From a virus (taxonomy: Duplodnaviria; Caudoviricetes): a DNA stretch of 38,462 nucleotides. Below the pieces are notes generated by a model. That model was not told where the DNA came from and made no database searches. It saw only the letters and a list, made by a program, of their open reading frames with translations. The stretch lies in the IMG/VR virus record IMGVR_UViG_3300021181_000025, positions 1-38,462 of that record; one strand, given 5' to 3'. Positions 26,540-35,401 of the stretch are shown one piece after another; the stretch's first letter is position 1; every line of letters begins with the position of its first letter. The position numbers were made by a program, and so were the translations under genes.

Positions 26540-27217
26540 ATGGCTGTAGACCCAAACCTCTTAGAATATTACAGTGATCTCCTAATTGTTCAATATCAAG
26601 ATCAGCCGAACATGATCGCCACCGCTCAATTGTTGGTGAACCAGAGTCTTTGTGATGGGCTTCCTCAGGAACTCCAGACCTGCTTTGATTTAAATTCGGC
26701 TGTAGGAGATCAGCTGACTATTATCGGCGAGATCGTCGGGGTGCCTCGTAATATATTCGGGCTTGATCTGCAGAATACATTTTTCAATTACACCGATTAC
26801 GTTGGTGAACCTGCAGCCATCGGGTTTGGTAGCTATACCGAATCTCCATATCCAACATCTTTATTTAGGAGCTATTTTGATTCAGCGACTTATACAATGA
26901 CCGATGCACAGATGCAACAGGTGATTCAGTTAAAAATTCTTTTTAACAATTGTTATTCCAGCACTAAAGATATCGTTGCTGGATTGTGGGAATTGTTTGG
27001 GAATTATGTTTCTTATATTGATAATAAGAACATGACAGTGACGATAAATGTGGTCAATCCTTACCAGACCATTTTTATCATTGCTCAATATTTGAATATC
27101 ATTCCGCGTCCTATGGGGGTTGGATTGACGCTGAATTTGTTCACCGATTTCTTATATGATCAACAGGGGAATATTTTGTACGACCAACAAGGGTATCCTT
27201 TATACTCTCAACAATGA
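26540..27217 (+). CDS. Baseplate wedge protein (DUF2612 family)
   Basis: LLIVQY, FDLNSAVGDQLTIIGEIVGVPR, IPRPMGV; extra LYDQQG x2 tail. Confidence 0.88.
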   Translation: MAVDPNLLEYYSDLLIVQYQDQPNMIATAQLLVNQSLCDGLPQELQTCFDLNSAVGDQLTIIGEIVGVPRNIFGLDLQNTFFNYTDYVGEPAAIGFGSYTESPYPTSLFRSYFDSATYTMTDAQMQQVIQLKILFNNCYSSTKDIVAGLWELFGNYVSYIDNKNMTVTINVVNPYQTIFIIAQYLNIIPRPMGVGLTLNLFTDFLYDQQGNILYDQQGYPLYSQQ

Positions 27218-27227
27218 GGAGATTAAT

Positions 27228-27689
27228 ATGCGTAGAATAGAAGAATGGCTTTCAGTAATCTTGGTCTTGCTAGTGGTTGCGGGCTCTTTGATTTTCCCTA
27301 TTAAATCCAATGCTGGCCAATTAGGCAATTATCCAGCGACGGCGACATTGGCGAGTGCCGATATCGTGCCCGTTATTATTGTTTTAACAAATCAGAATGA
27401 AACTATCAATTGGTATAACTTTAAAGAGTTAATGAGCAAAAATATCAATTGGACAGATATTACCTCTCAGATTCCAAATCAATCAATGAATTGGACGGAT
27501 ATTCAAAGAGTTCAGAAAACAACCTCTGGGGTCAATTGGACTTACCTTGATATTGTCTCAGGAGGTATGAACTGGACGGCAGTTGCAAACAACGCCTCGA
27601 GTGGACAAGTATTCTGTTATAAGAGCACAGGTCAACCGGGAAAATGCAGTGGGACAATCACCAGCGGCATTTGTGGAACATGCAGTTAA
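27228..27689 (+). CDS. Small signal-peptide-bearing fibre-like protein with NWT repeats and Cys-rich C-terminus
   Basis: ATG 27228 with SD GAGGAG; MRRIEEWLSVILVLLVVAGSLIFPIKSNA|G; [IMV]NW x5. Confidence 0.75.
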   Translation: MRRIEEWLSVILVLLVVAGSLIFPIKSNAGQLGNYPATATLASADIVPVIIVLTNQNETINWYNFKELMSKNINWTDITSQIPNQSMNWTDIQRVQKTTSGVNWTYLDIVSGGMNWTAVANNASSGQVFCYKSTGQPGKCSGTITSGICGTCS

Positions 27690-27698
27690 GGAGATATC

Positions 27699-28541
27699 AT
27701 GGCAAAAATTATACGCGCAACTCAAACATTATTCGGTGGAACAGGGGTCACAAGCGATTTTGGAGAATTTGGTTCTCTAGCCGCTGGAACGCCCACAACG
27801 ACTAAAACGCCTTCAGTAATCCAATCTCTGGCTGCATGGGGATTAGGATGGGCTGCTGCCACTATCGGAGTTTTTGTGCCTGCTTATCAGGACATGAACG
27901 CTGTGCATTATTTAGCGTTTTACCAAATCTGCTATCTCCTGCAGATGGGCGTGGCTGAATACGACGCTGGAACAACCTATTACACTAATAGTGTTGCTCA
28001 ATACAATGGTCAATTCTATGTTTCTTTGGTGGATAACAATGCGGGTAATGAACCAGATATTAGTCCTTCTCAATGGCAATCAGGCCTACCTGGCGCTGAA
28101 ATCACTGGTGTCATAAAACAATATGCAGGCGTTACAGCTCCCGCGGGATACCTTTTGTGCAATGGTGCAGCAGTCAACAGGACAACCTATGCGGCTCTTT
28201 TTAGTATTGTTGGAACCCTTTATGGAATTGGTGATGGTTCTACCACGTTTAATATTCCTGACTTAAGAGGGCGAGTTGCCGTTGGTTATCTATCGGGAGA
28301 TTCTTATTTCGGAACTCTTGGCGAGAGTGGTGGTGAGGAGACTCACACTTTAACCACAAATGAAATGCCCTCTCATAGTCACACCGTCATTCGTGATATG
28401 GGAGGAAGTGCAGGGGCTGGTGCGGGACCAGCTTGGACAAATGGATCAACGACAGGGCCATCTACAAATCCCACAGGTGGTGGGGAAGCTCATAATAACT
28501 TGCAGCCATATTTAACCGTTAATCATATCATCAAATATTAA
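27699..28541 (+). CDS. Short tail fibre with tail-collar domain
   Basis: YLLQMGVAEYDAGTTY anchor; APAGYLLCNG...YAALFSIVG...FNIPDLRGR collar; EMPSHSH...AHNNLQPY. Confidence 0.9.
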   Translation: MAKIIRATQTLFGGTGVTSDFGEFGSLAAGTPTTTKTPSVIQSLAAWGLGWAAATIGVFVPAYQDMNAVHYLAFYQICYLLQMGVAEYDAGTTYYTNSVAQYNGQFYVSLVDNNAGNEPDISPSQWQSGLPGAEITGVIKQYAGVTAPAGYLLCNGAAVNRTTYAALFSIVGTLYGIGDGSTTFNIPDLRGRVAVGYLSGDSYFGTLGESGGEETHTLTTNEMPSHSHTVIRDMGGSAGAGAGPAWTNGSTTGPSTNPTGGGEAHNNLQPYLTVNHIIKY

Positions 28542-28550
28542 GGATGCACT

Positions 28551-28922
28551 ATGCCACAGAATCCAGACCCTTCACAAAATATTCCATTATCTATTGTGCA
28601 AGGTGCCACTTTTGTGCAACAATTTACTTGGTTCGGACCAACTGGATTGCCCAATGATTTGACTGACTTTACGGCTGATATGCAATTTCGATCTACCGTA
28701 CAAGACACAGGAACTCCTATTATTGAAGTATCCACTGGCGTTGGTGGAATAGTTCTGGGAGGCATAACGGGGACTATTACTGTTACCATCAGTGCTACTA
28801 TAACAGCTACATTGTCGGATGGAGAGCAATTGGTTTGGAATTTATTTCTAACTTCTCCAGCGGGGGTAGTATATCCTTTTGCGGCTGGTCCATCCACCGT
28901 ATTTGGGAGCACGATTAAATGA
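28551..28922 (+). CDS. Ig-like fibre/baseplate adaptor protein
   Basis: IVQGATF...DLTDFTADMQFRS...GTITVTISA pattern common in tail modules. Confidence 0.7.
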   Translation: MPQNPDPSQNIPLSIVQGATFVQQFTWFGPTGLPNDLTDFTADMQFRSTVQDTGTPIIEVSTGVGGIVLGGITGTITVTISATITATLSDGEQLVWNLFLTSPAGVVYPFAAGPSTVFGSTIK

Positions 28923-29269
28923 GTTGCGAGCCTATACAAATTCTTCAGAATCCCGACAGTATCGAGGTAAAAACTTACCCGACGAATATCCAAATATTAC
29001 AGGGGGTGAATGTGATAAAGGTATGCTCTCAAAATCCTGTTTCTCAATTCCAACCATTCTCTTTTACGGCTACCGTTGATAATCAGACAACTTTTGGGCC
29101 TCTTCCACAACCTCCATTGAATATTATTACTTTGGCCATCACTGGCACATTGCAAGATCCAGCCGGGACTGTCCCAGATTATACATTGGATGACACTGGC
29201 TTAAATATTATATTGAGTCAAGGAATTGCCGCTGGCAATACTGTCTACGGAATCTATCAGGTGGCCTAA
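28919..29269 (+). CDS. Tail-associated hypothetical protein
   Basis: FTATVDNQTTF...GTLQ...DYT motif; overlaps both neighbours. Confidence 0.7.
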   Translation: MSCEPIQILQNPDSIEVKTYPTNIQILQGVNVIKVCSQNPVSQFQPFSFTATVDNQTTFGPLPQPPLNIITLAITGTLQDPAGTVPDYTLDDTGLNIILSQGIAAGNTVYGIYQVA

Positions 29270-32200
29270 TGAGAAAAATACCTTTATATATTTTAATTAT
29301 TTCGACATTGTTCTTTAATGTGTCGATTGTCCATGCCAATACTCAAACGCCTGCCGCTAATATTTCAGTGGGACCTTCTTCTTTTATTAATTGCCTAAAT
29401 AGCTTAGATACCAATGTACAGGTGTCTTTACAGCAGATCGATAATTGCTTTGGAAATGTTCCTTTAAATCTTACCTTTATTGATTCTCTGGTAAAGAGTG
29501 GCAACAATGTCAGTCTAGTCAATGATTCTGTCTCTCCCGGCAACTCTCTGTATTACGGAACAAATGGAAGCGGCACTAAAGGCTTTTATACTATCCCGGT
29601 GTCGGGGATTACAGCTTTGACAGGAGATGTCAGCGCCACTGGTCCCGGAAGCGCGACCGCAACATTAGCAACCGTTAATACCAATGTTGGTTCTTTTGGT
29701 TCATCTACCGCTATTCCAAATTTTACAGTGAATGGTAAAGGCCTTCTGACGGCTGCAGGCAGCAATGCTGTAGTGGCTCCCGCGGGCACCCTGACAGGGA
29801 CTGCGCTGGCCTCTAATGTGGTTTCATCTTCTTTGACCTCCGTAGGCACTATTGGCACAGGTATTTGGCATGGAACGGCCATAGGTTATCAATATGGCGG
29901 ATCAGGACAAATCACCGCTCCAAGCAATGATCTTCTTGTCGGGAATGGTTCAGGATGGACATTGACAACATTGGGAAGCTGTTCCGGTGCGACCAACGCC
30001 TTGACTTATAATATGGGCACAGGTTTATTTGGATGTAATAGCATTGTGGGGGGGGTTTCCTCGGTATCTAATAGCGATAGTTCTTTAAGCATTAGTCCTA
30101 CCACGGGAACTGTCGTTGCGTCTTTAAATACTGGGCATAGTAATACCTGGTCCGCTTCTCAAATATTTAATTCCAATGTTGGTATAAATTCAGCAAATCC
30201 CGGCCAAGCCTTGGATATTCAAGGCACCGTTAGAGCATTAAACTTCTCGGGACCGGGCACAGGATTAACTGGTACCGCATCTAGTCTCACTGCTGGAACA
30301 GTGTCTACGATCAGCGGCCTTGTGGCAGGAGGTACCAACGTCACGATCACAGGGTCCGGAACGTCCGGAAGCCCGTACACAATTAATTCTAGCGGCAGCG
30401 GTGGTGGTTCGAATGGTTGGAGTCAAGCCGGAAATAATGTTTATACCACAAGCAATAGTTATAACGTAGGCATCGGAACTATGACGCCGGGACAAGCTTT
30501 AGATGTCAAAGGTACTGTTAGGGTGAGTGGCAGCGTCAACACACCTGCTTTGAGCAATCTTACTACAAATGGTTTTGTGAAAACTAGCGGCGGCATCGGT
30601 ACTCTTTCTATTGATACCAGTACATATTTAACCACAGCTTCAGCAACTTCGTTGTACGTTCCTTTTATAGGATGCCCTGAGCCAGTTAATTTCAATGCCC
30701 AGACATTGTTTAATATAGGAACTTTGGAAACAGATCTTAGCACATTGGATGACGGAAGCGGTAATGCATCAATTTATAATGAACTAACAGTTAACTCTGC
30801 ACACGGAAACCTTCTTCCTGCTTTTCAAGTTTTAGATAGTTTTGGTAATCAAGCTTTTGTTGTTGACAATCAAGACTTCTATGGATATGGGGATCGTGTT
30901 GCAACTTTCATGAATATTCTTGACGACGGAACTGGTTACATGACCGTTAATAATGGGTTGACGCTTAATAATATTACAGGACCTGCAGGAAGCGACACGT
31001 ATTTTGTTTTGAATATGACTGGCGGAAATGCGGAAGCTTTATTTAATACTGTCTCTGGAGATTCGGCCGAAATCGTGTTTTCTAGAAGTGACGGCCAGAA
31101 TCCTCCTCCTAGCACTGCTCCAAATGCTCTGTGGAGCATGGGGATTAATCCTAATGGATTTGGTGATAATAGATATACATTTTTTGATCAGGTAAGTGGT
31201 CAATCGGTAATTACATTAGATTCTGATACGGGAGATTTTAAAACACTCAATAATACCGTAGACGATGGAACAGGAGCATCTACCTTTAACGGAACATTGA
31301 CGGCAAGCAATATCATTGATAGTGGACTTTCGGCTAGTACAATTGTTTACGCGAACGGGAGTAAGCAATTATCGTCCGCCACTATAGGAAGCGGTTTATC
31401 ATTCACATCGGGAACATTATCAGCGACCGCACTTTCGAGTCCTTGGGGAAATTCTGGATCGAATGTTTACCTGCTAACCTCAACCAATAATGTTGGCATT
31501 GGTTCATCGACGCCCGGAAGTAAATTAGATGTTCAGGGCACTGTGCGCATATTGAATGGCAATGTTGGAATAGGTTCCACTGCCCCTGGACAGGCCCTAG
31601 ACGTACAAGGTACTGTGAGAGTTTTAGGAAGCGGAACTTTATCTGTTGCTGGAACATCAACATTAACTGGAAACGTAGGTATTGGTCAGGCACCCGATGG
31701 CGTTCACACTTTAATTGTGGGGTCTAAGACGGGAGTATCAAGTCCTCAAAATTCAGATGGTCTCTATGTTATTCCCAATGCTGCTAATGTAGAATTGGCC
31801 GTTTCCAACAGCACTGGTCACAATATATTTTCTGCTATTGAATCAGGTGGTGCATATTTCGGTACAGGTTCCAATGATGATCTAATTATTAGGGCAAACA
31901 ATGGTGATGGTTCACGTTTGCAAGCCAGCACAAAGAATTGGACTTTTGGTGGAAGTGGTTCGCCTGGCTCAACAGTCTCATCTGAAGGAAATTTATCTAT
32001 TGGCTCTTCTTATTATACAACTGCAGCTCCTTCCAACGGTGCAATCATCCAAGGTAATGTAGGTATAGGGTCAACGACGCCGGGCCAAGCCCTTGATGTA
32101 CAAGGCACTGTCCGTGATCTAGGAGAAGTTCTTACCAGCAATGTACCATCAACGACGACCAATACCCTTTACAACAACAGCGGAACTCTCTATTTCAATG

Positions 32201-33123
32201 GTTCAGCGGTGGGGGGAAGCAGTGGTTTGTGGACCACAGTAAACACCAACGATGTGTATGAGCAGAATGGATCGACTTATGGAAATGTAGGGATTGGTAC
32301 TAATCTGACAAGCAACGCAGCATTGACGGTAATGAATGGGAATGTCGGAATAGGCACTTGGAAACCCAATGGTGCGTTGATGATTCAATCAGGTAATGTT
32401 GGCATTGATACCTTTACTGCCTCGAATAATCTTACTGTTAACGGAAATATTCAGATGGTCGGATCTCAGCCAAATTTATTAATTCCAGCTGCTGGATTTA
32501 TAGAATTTAATAATAGTAGAACGATACAGATCAATAATGCTTCTTCAGACATATATGCAGGAATATTGTCGGGTCCAACCAGTACGGATGGAGGAGACAA
32601 CTCGTCATTAGGGACAAACACCTTAGCTTCTTTGACATCATCTGGAGCCAACGATGCAGCTATTGGAAACTCTGCTTTGAATGGAGACACTTCTGGAAGT
32701 CAGAATACGGCAGCAGGTACACTCTCTTTGCGCTATCTTACTACTACAAATCTTAACGCTGCTTTAGGTTATAATGCCGGGACTTTCATAACTGGCGGAA
32801 GTACCCACATCACTACTGCCGCAAACTCCGTGTTTGTAGGAGCGTCTACCGAGGCATTAGCCGATGGGGACACTAATGAGACTGTAGTTGGATACAATGC
32901 CATAGGAGCAGGAAGCAATTCGGTTGTATTGGGGAATTCAAGTGTAACAACCACTGAATTACAAGGGAATATAGGTCTTGGAACTTCAGTCCCAACTTCT
33001 AAGATTCAAGTAAAAGGCACTTGTGCTTCAATCGGTCCCGTGGGTGCCTGTTGGACCTCAACAGGACAAATGGGTTATTGTAGTGGGGCAGCGAATGTCT
33101 GTACCACATGTACTGCATGTTAA
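29269..33123 (+). CDS. Large fibre/adhesin-like protein with Sec signal peptide
   Basis: MRKIPLYILIISTLFFNVSIVHA|N; G/S/T/N-rich; NVGIxxxxPG(Q/S)xLD(V/I)xGTVR x5; Cys-rich C-terminus. Confidence 0.85.
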   Translation: MRKIPLYILIISTLFFNVSIVHANTQTPAANISVGPSSFINCLNSLDTNVQVSLQQIDNCFGNVPLNLTFIDSLVKSGNNVSLVNDSVSPGNSLYYGTNGSGTKGFYTIPVSGITALTGDVSATGPGSATATLATVNTNVGSFGSSTAIPNFTVNGKGLLTAAGSNAVVAPAGTLTGTALASNVVSSSLTSVGTIGTGIWHGTAIGYQYGGSGQITAPSNDLLVGNGSGWTLTTLGSCSGATNALTYNMGTGLFGCNSIVGGVSSVSNSDSSLSISPTTGTVVASLNTGHSNTWSASQIFNSNVGINSANPGQALDIQGTVRALNFSGPGTGLTGTASSLTAGTVSTISGLVAGGTNVTITGSGTSGSPYTINSSGSGGGSNGWSQAGNNVYTTSNSYNVGIGTMTPGQALDVKGTVRVSGSVNTPALSNLTTNGFVKTSGGIGTLSIDTSTYLTTASATSLYVPFIGCPEPVNFNAQTLFNIGTLETDLSTLDDGSGNASIYNELTVNSAHGNLLPAFQVLDSFGNQAFVVDNQDFYGYGDRVATFMNILDDGTGYMTVNNGLTLNNITGPAGSDTYFVLNMTGGNAEALFNTVSGDSAEIVFSRSDGQNPPPSTAPNALWSMGINPNGFGDNRYTFFDQVSGQSVITLDSDTGDFKTLNNTVDDGTGASTFNGTLTASNIIDSGLSASTIVYANGSKQLSSATIGSGLSFTSGTLSATALSSPWGNSGSNVYLLTSTNNVGIGSSTPGSKLDVQGTVRILNGNVGIGSTAPGQALDVQGTVRVLGSGTLSVAGTSTLTGNVGIGQAPDGVHTLIVGSKTGVSSPQNSDGLYVIPNAANVELAVSNSTGHNIFSAIESGGAYFGTGSNDDLIIRANNGDGSRLQASTKNWTFGGSGSPGSTVSSEGNLSIGSSYYTTAAPSNGAIIQGNVGIGSTTPGQALDVQGTVRDLGEVLTSNVPSTTTNTLYNNSGTLYFNGSAVGGSSGLWTTVNTNDVYEQNGSTYGNVGIGTNLTSNAALTVMNGNVGIGTWKPNGALMIQSGNVGIDTFTASNNLTVNGNIQMVGSQPNLLIPAAGFIEFNNSRTIQINNASSDIYAGILSGPTSTDGGDNSSLGTNTLASLTSSGANDAAIGNSALNGDTSGSQNTAAGTLSLRYLTTTNLNAALGYNAGTFITGGSTHITTAANSVFVGASTEALADGDTNETVVGYNAIGAGSNSVVLGNSSVTTTELQGNIGLGTSVPTSKIQVKGTCASIGPVGACWTSTGQMGYCSGAANVCTTCTAC

Positions 33124-33136
33124 AAAAGGAGAAGTT

Positions 33137-33472
33137 ATGAATAGAGCATTAATTCTTATTCTCGGATTAATTGGAGTTCTTTTATTAAGTAATGTTATTA
33201 AATCATGGGCACAGATTCCAACGAGCTATATATCTTCGGATTGCTCAACGGCCTATGTCAACTCTATCAACCCGAGTACAAATCAGGTAGACACCAGCAC
33301 TTACTCTAGTGCGCAGATCAATGCAGCGATTGCGATGGCCCAAACAGCCGAGAATAAACTACGTCAGCAAATCGCTCAAGACGACGTAACCATTGATCTA
33401 TATTTGCCTTTGCAATATGGCATTGCTGAATGTCTTGCCAATCAACAATCTAACCAGGCTAACGCCTCCTAA
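33137..33472 (+). CDS. Exported coiled-coil protein, candidate fibre chaperone
   Basis: ATG 33137 with SD AAGGAG; MNRALILILGLIGVLLLSNVIKSWA|Q; heptads INAAIAMAQTAENKLRQQI. Confidence 0.7.
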   Translation: MNRALILILGLIGVLLLSNVIKSWAQIPTSYISSDCSTAYVNSINPSTNQVDTSTYSSAQINAAIAMAQTAENKLRQQIAQDDVTIDLYLPLQYGIAECLANQQSNQANAS

Positions 33473-33487
33473 TATAAGGATATTGTC

Positions 33488-33835
33488 ATGTCTGACAAGT
33501 GGGATGGGAACCCTCGACGGAAGAATGATATTTATATGGTTGCCCTTGAGAGCAAAGTTGACCAGATGTTTGCTTTCCTGAGGGGAGAATTTGGAGATGA
33601 AGGACTTAATGGCGAGAAAATAGAAGGACGCACTACCAAGACATTGCGCGAAATAGTGACTCAAGCAAAATTAACAAATGGAAGGGTTACTAGCTTGGAG
33701 CAATGGCAACAAGAAGAGAAGGTCTCGAAGAAGAACAAAAAGGACGGATTACATAATAGATTAAATCTTGTGTCAATCTGTTGCGCTGTGATCTGTGCTG
33801 TCACAGCCATTGTAATGATTTTTAAACCAAAATAA
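33488..33835 (+). CDS. Membrane protein, XhlA/holin-like
   Basis: Coiled coil with TNGRVTSLEQW and a C-terminal TM helix; first gene of the lysis position. Confidence 0.65.
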   Translation: MSDKWDGNPRRKNDIYMVALESKVDQMFAFLRGEFGDEGLNGEKIEGRTTKTLREIVTQAKLTNGRVTSLEQWQQEEKVSKKNKKDGLHNRLNLVSICCAVICAVTAIVMIFKPK

Positions 33836-33850
33836 AAAGGAGAGACGAGG

Positions 33851-34549
33851 ATGAATATCCAATCGTGGTTAGCATGGGCAGCGCAGCATAAGGGGTTAAT
33901 TGTTATTCATTTAATAGCTTTTGATCATATCATTTCTCAAGGATTTCAGGCAATCGGATGGACCAAGTGGGTGTCGGTATTAGAAACCATCGCCACGTTT
34001 TTAGGTGCCGTCATCACTGCGACAAAGCAAGTAATTGCCGCGAATAAAAAAACGGCAGCCATTATCATTGTCGGCGGTTTATTGATGCCATGGGTTATAG
34101 CACCGAGTGCTCACGCTGATATTTTCCAGCCAATTCCACATAGAGCCGAGACCAAACAATTCTTGGCAGATGTCAATGGGCTATCAACAAATGCTGATAC
34201 ATTATTGACCGATGCGGCCGCCATTATTAATTATTTAGGTGTACGCGAGGGATATGCTTACCAATTCAATCAACACAAGTGGGTGACAACCACCGGAGCA
34301 ACAATTGTCAGCTATACCCCTTGGAATGTAGCCTTGGGCGTTACTATGCTTAATACCGACGGGGTTGTCGCTGATATTGATTGGAATATAGGAAATTATC
34401 TGCCTGTTCAAGATGTTCCCATTATGAACTTGACTCAATATCTCTATATCTTTGGTGGTGCGGGTGCACAATTAAAGACTGAAGATGATGGTAGTCAGCC
34501 CATGAAATTCGCTTCTGTGGGAGGTATAGAAGCAAAGTTTTCATTCTAA
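33851..34549 (+). CDS. Holin-like N-terminus plus internal signal peptide plus putative small beta-barrel
   Basis: Hydrophobic helices, KK-TAAIIIVGGLLMPWVIAPSAHA|D, amphipathic strands, terminal GGIEAKFSF. Confidence 0.6.
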   Translation: MNIQSWLAWAAQHKGLIVIHLIAFDHIISQGFQAIGWTKWVSVLETIATFLGAVITATKQVIAANKKTAAIIIVGGLLMPWVIAPSAHADIFQPIPHRAETKQFLADVNGLSTNADTLLTDAAAIINYLGVREGYAYQFNQHKWVTTTGATIVSYTPWNVALGVTMLNTDGVVADIDWNIGNYLPVQDVPIMNLTQYLYIFGGAGAQLKTEDDGSQPMKFASVGGIEAKFSF

Positions 34550-34550
34550 T

Positions 34551-34658
34551 ATGACTATCCACATTCCAGCATGGGTGGTCATCTCGGTGCTAACGACAAC
34601 AGGCATTGTGGTCGTCGTTGGTTTATGGTTAAAGAAAATATCAAAAGGATTAAGCTAA
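34551..34658 (+). CDS. Small single-TM peptide (35 aa)
   Basis: Manual: MTIHIPAWVVISVLTTTGIVVVVGLWLKKISKGLS; fills the gap exactly. Confidence 0.55.
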   Translation: MTIHIPAWVVISVLTTTGIVVVVGLWLKKISKGLS

Positions 34659-34668
34659 GGAGATTAAA

Positions 34669-35391
34669 ATGCGTAAAATCAAACGTTATGGTTGGAAGCC
34701 CTCATTGCCACACAATGTTAAAAAATATTCTTCCTGCCATGAATTTGTGGCCGAACTTCCAGCTCTTATCGATTTAAGGTCCCATTGCCCGGCAGTATAT
34801 GATCAGGGTGATTTAGGGTCATGCACAGCCAATGGCATTGCAGGTGCTATCCAGTTTGTCCAACCTGACGTAATGCCATCTCGTTTGTTCATTTATTATA
34901 ATGAGCGTGGGATCGAAGGAGATCCTGATCAAGATGGCGGTGCAGAAATTCATGACGGCATCCAAAGTATTTCCAAGCAAGGTGCATGCGCTGAGACCGA
35001 ATGGCCTTATGACATTTCTCAGTTTGCGGTATGCCCTCCTGAGCAATGCTATACCGATGCCCTAAAGGATTTGATCAAAGATTATTCTTCCTTAGACAAC
35101 AACAATGATATCAAGCAGGCTCTTCATGCTGGATATCCGGTTGTCTTTGGTATGACCGTTTATGAATCTTTCGAGTCTCCAGAAGTGGCCAGCACCGGGA
35201 TGGTACCGATGCCTGCCAGCAGTGAAGAGGTCATTGGGGGTCACTGTATGTTAATTGTTGGTTATGATGATGAAAAGCAATGCTTTATTGTCCGCAACAG
35301 CTGGGGGGCATCATGGGGCATATCTGGATATTGCTATATCCCCTATTTGTATATCTCCCAATTCGCATCTGATTTCTGGACGATCTCTTAA
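34669..35391 (+). CDS. Papain-family (C1A, xylellain-like) cysteine peptidase
   Basis: YGWKP, DLR..CP.VYDQGDLGSCTA (Gln, catalytic Cys), SRLFIYYNER, GGHCMLIVGYDD (His), VRNSWG (Asn). Confidence 0.95.
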   Translation: MRKIKRYGWKPSLPHNVKKYSSCHEFVAELPALIDLRSHCPAVYDQGDLGSCTANGIAGAIQFVQPDVMPSRLFIYYNERGIEGDPDQDGGAEIHDGIQSISKQGACAETEWPYDISQFAVCPPEQCYTDALKDLIKDYSSLDNNNDIKQALHAGYPVVFGMTVYESFESPEVASTGMVPMPASSEEVIGGHCMLIVGYDDEKQCFIVRNSWGASWGISGYCYIPYLYISQFASDFWTIS

Positions 35392-35401
35392 GGGGGAATT
35401 T

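Noticed and set aside
24540-28541. Diversity-generating retroelement or invertible fibre cassette suggested by duplicated collar domains
   Set aside because: No reverse transcriptase or invertase seen; copies are diverged throughout, not only at adenines, and are in the same orientation
34571-34777. Track ORF of 68 aa as an Rz1-like overlapping gene
   Set aside because: No lipobox or signal peptide; the 34551..34658 TM peptide fits the gap better
7660-35046. Many 60-150 aa minus-strand ORFs within the structural operon
   Set aside because: Antisense to clear structural genes; explained by codon bias
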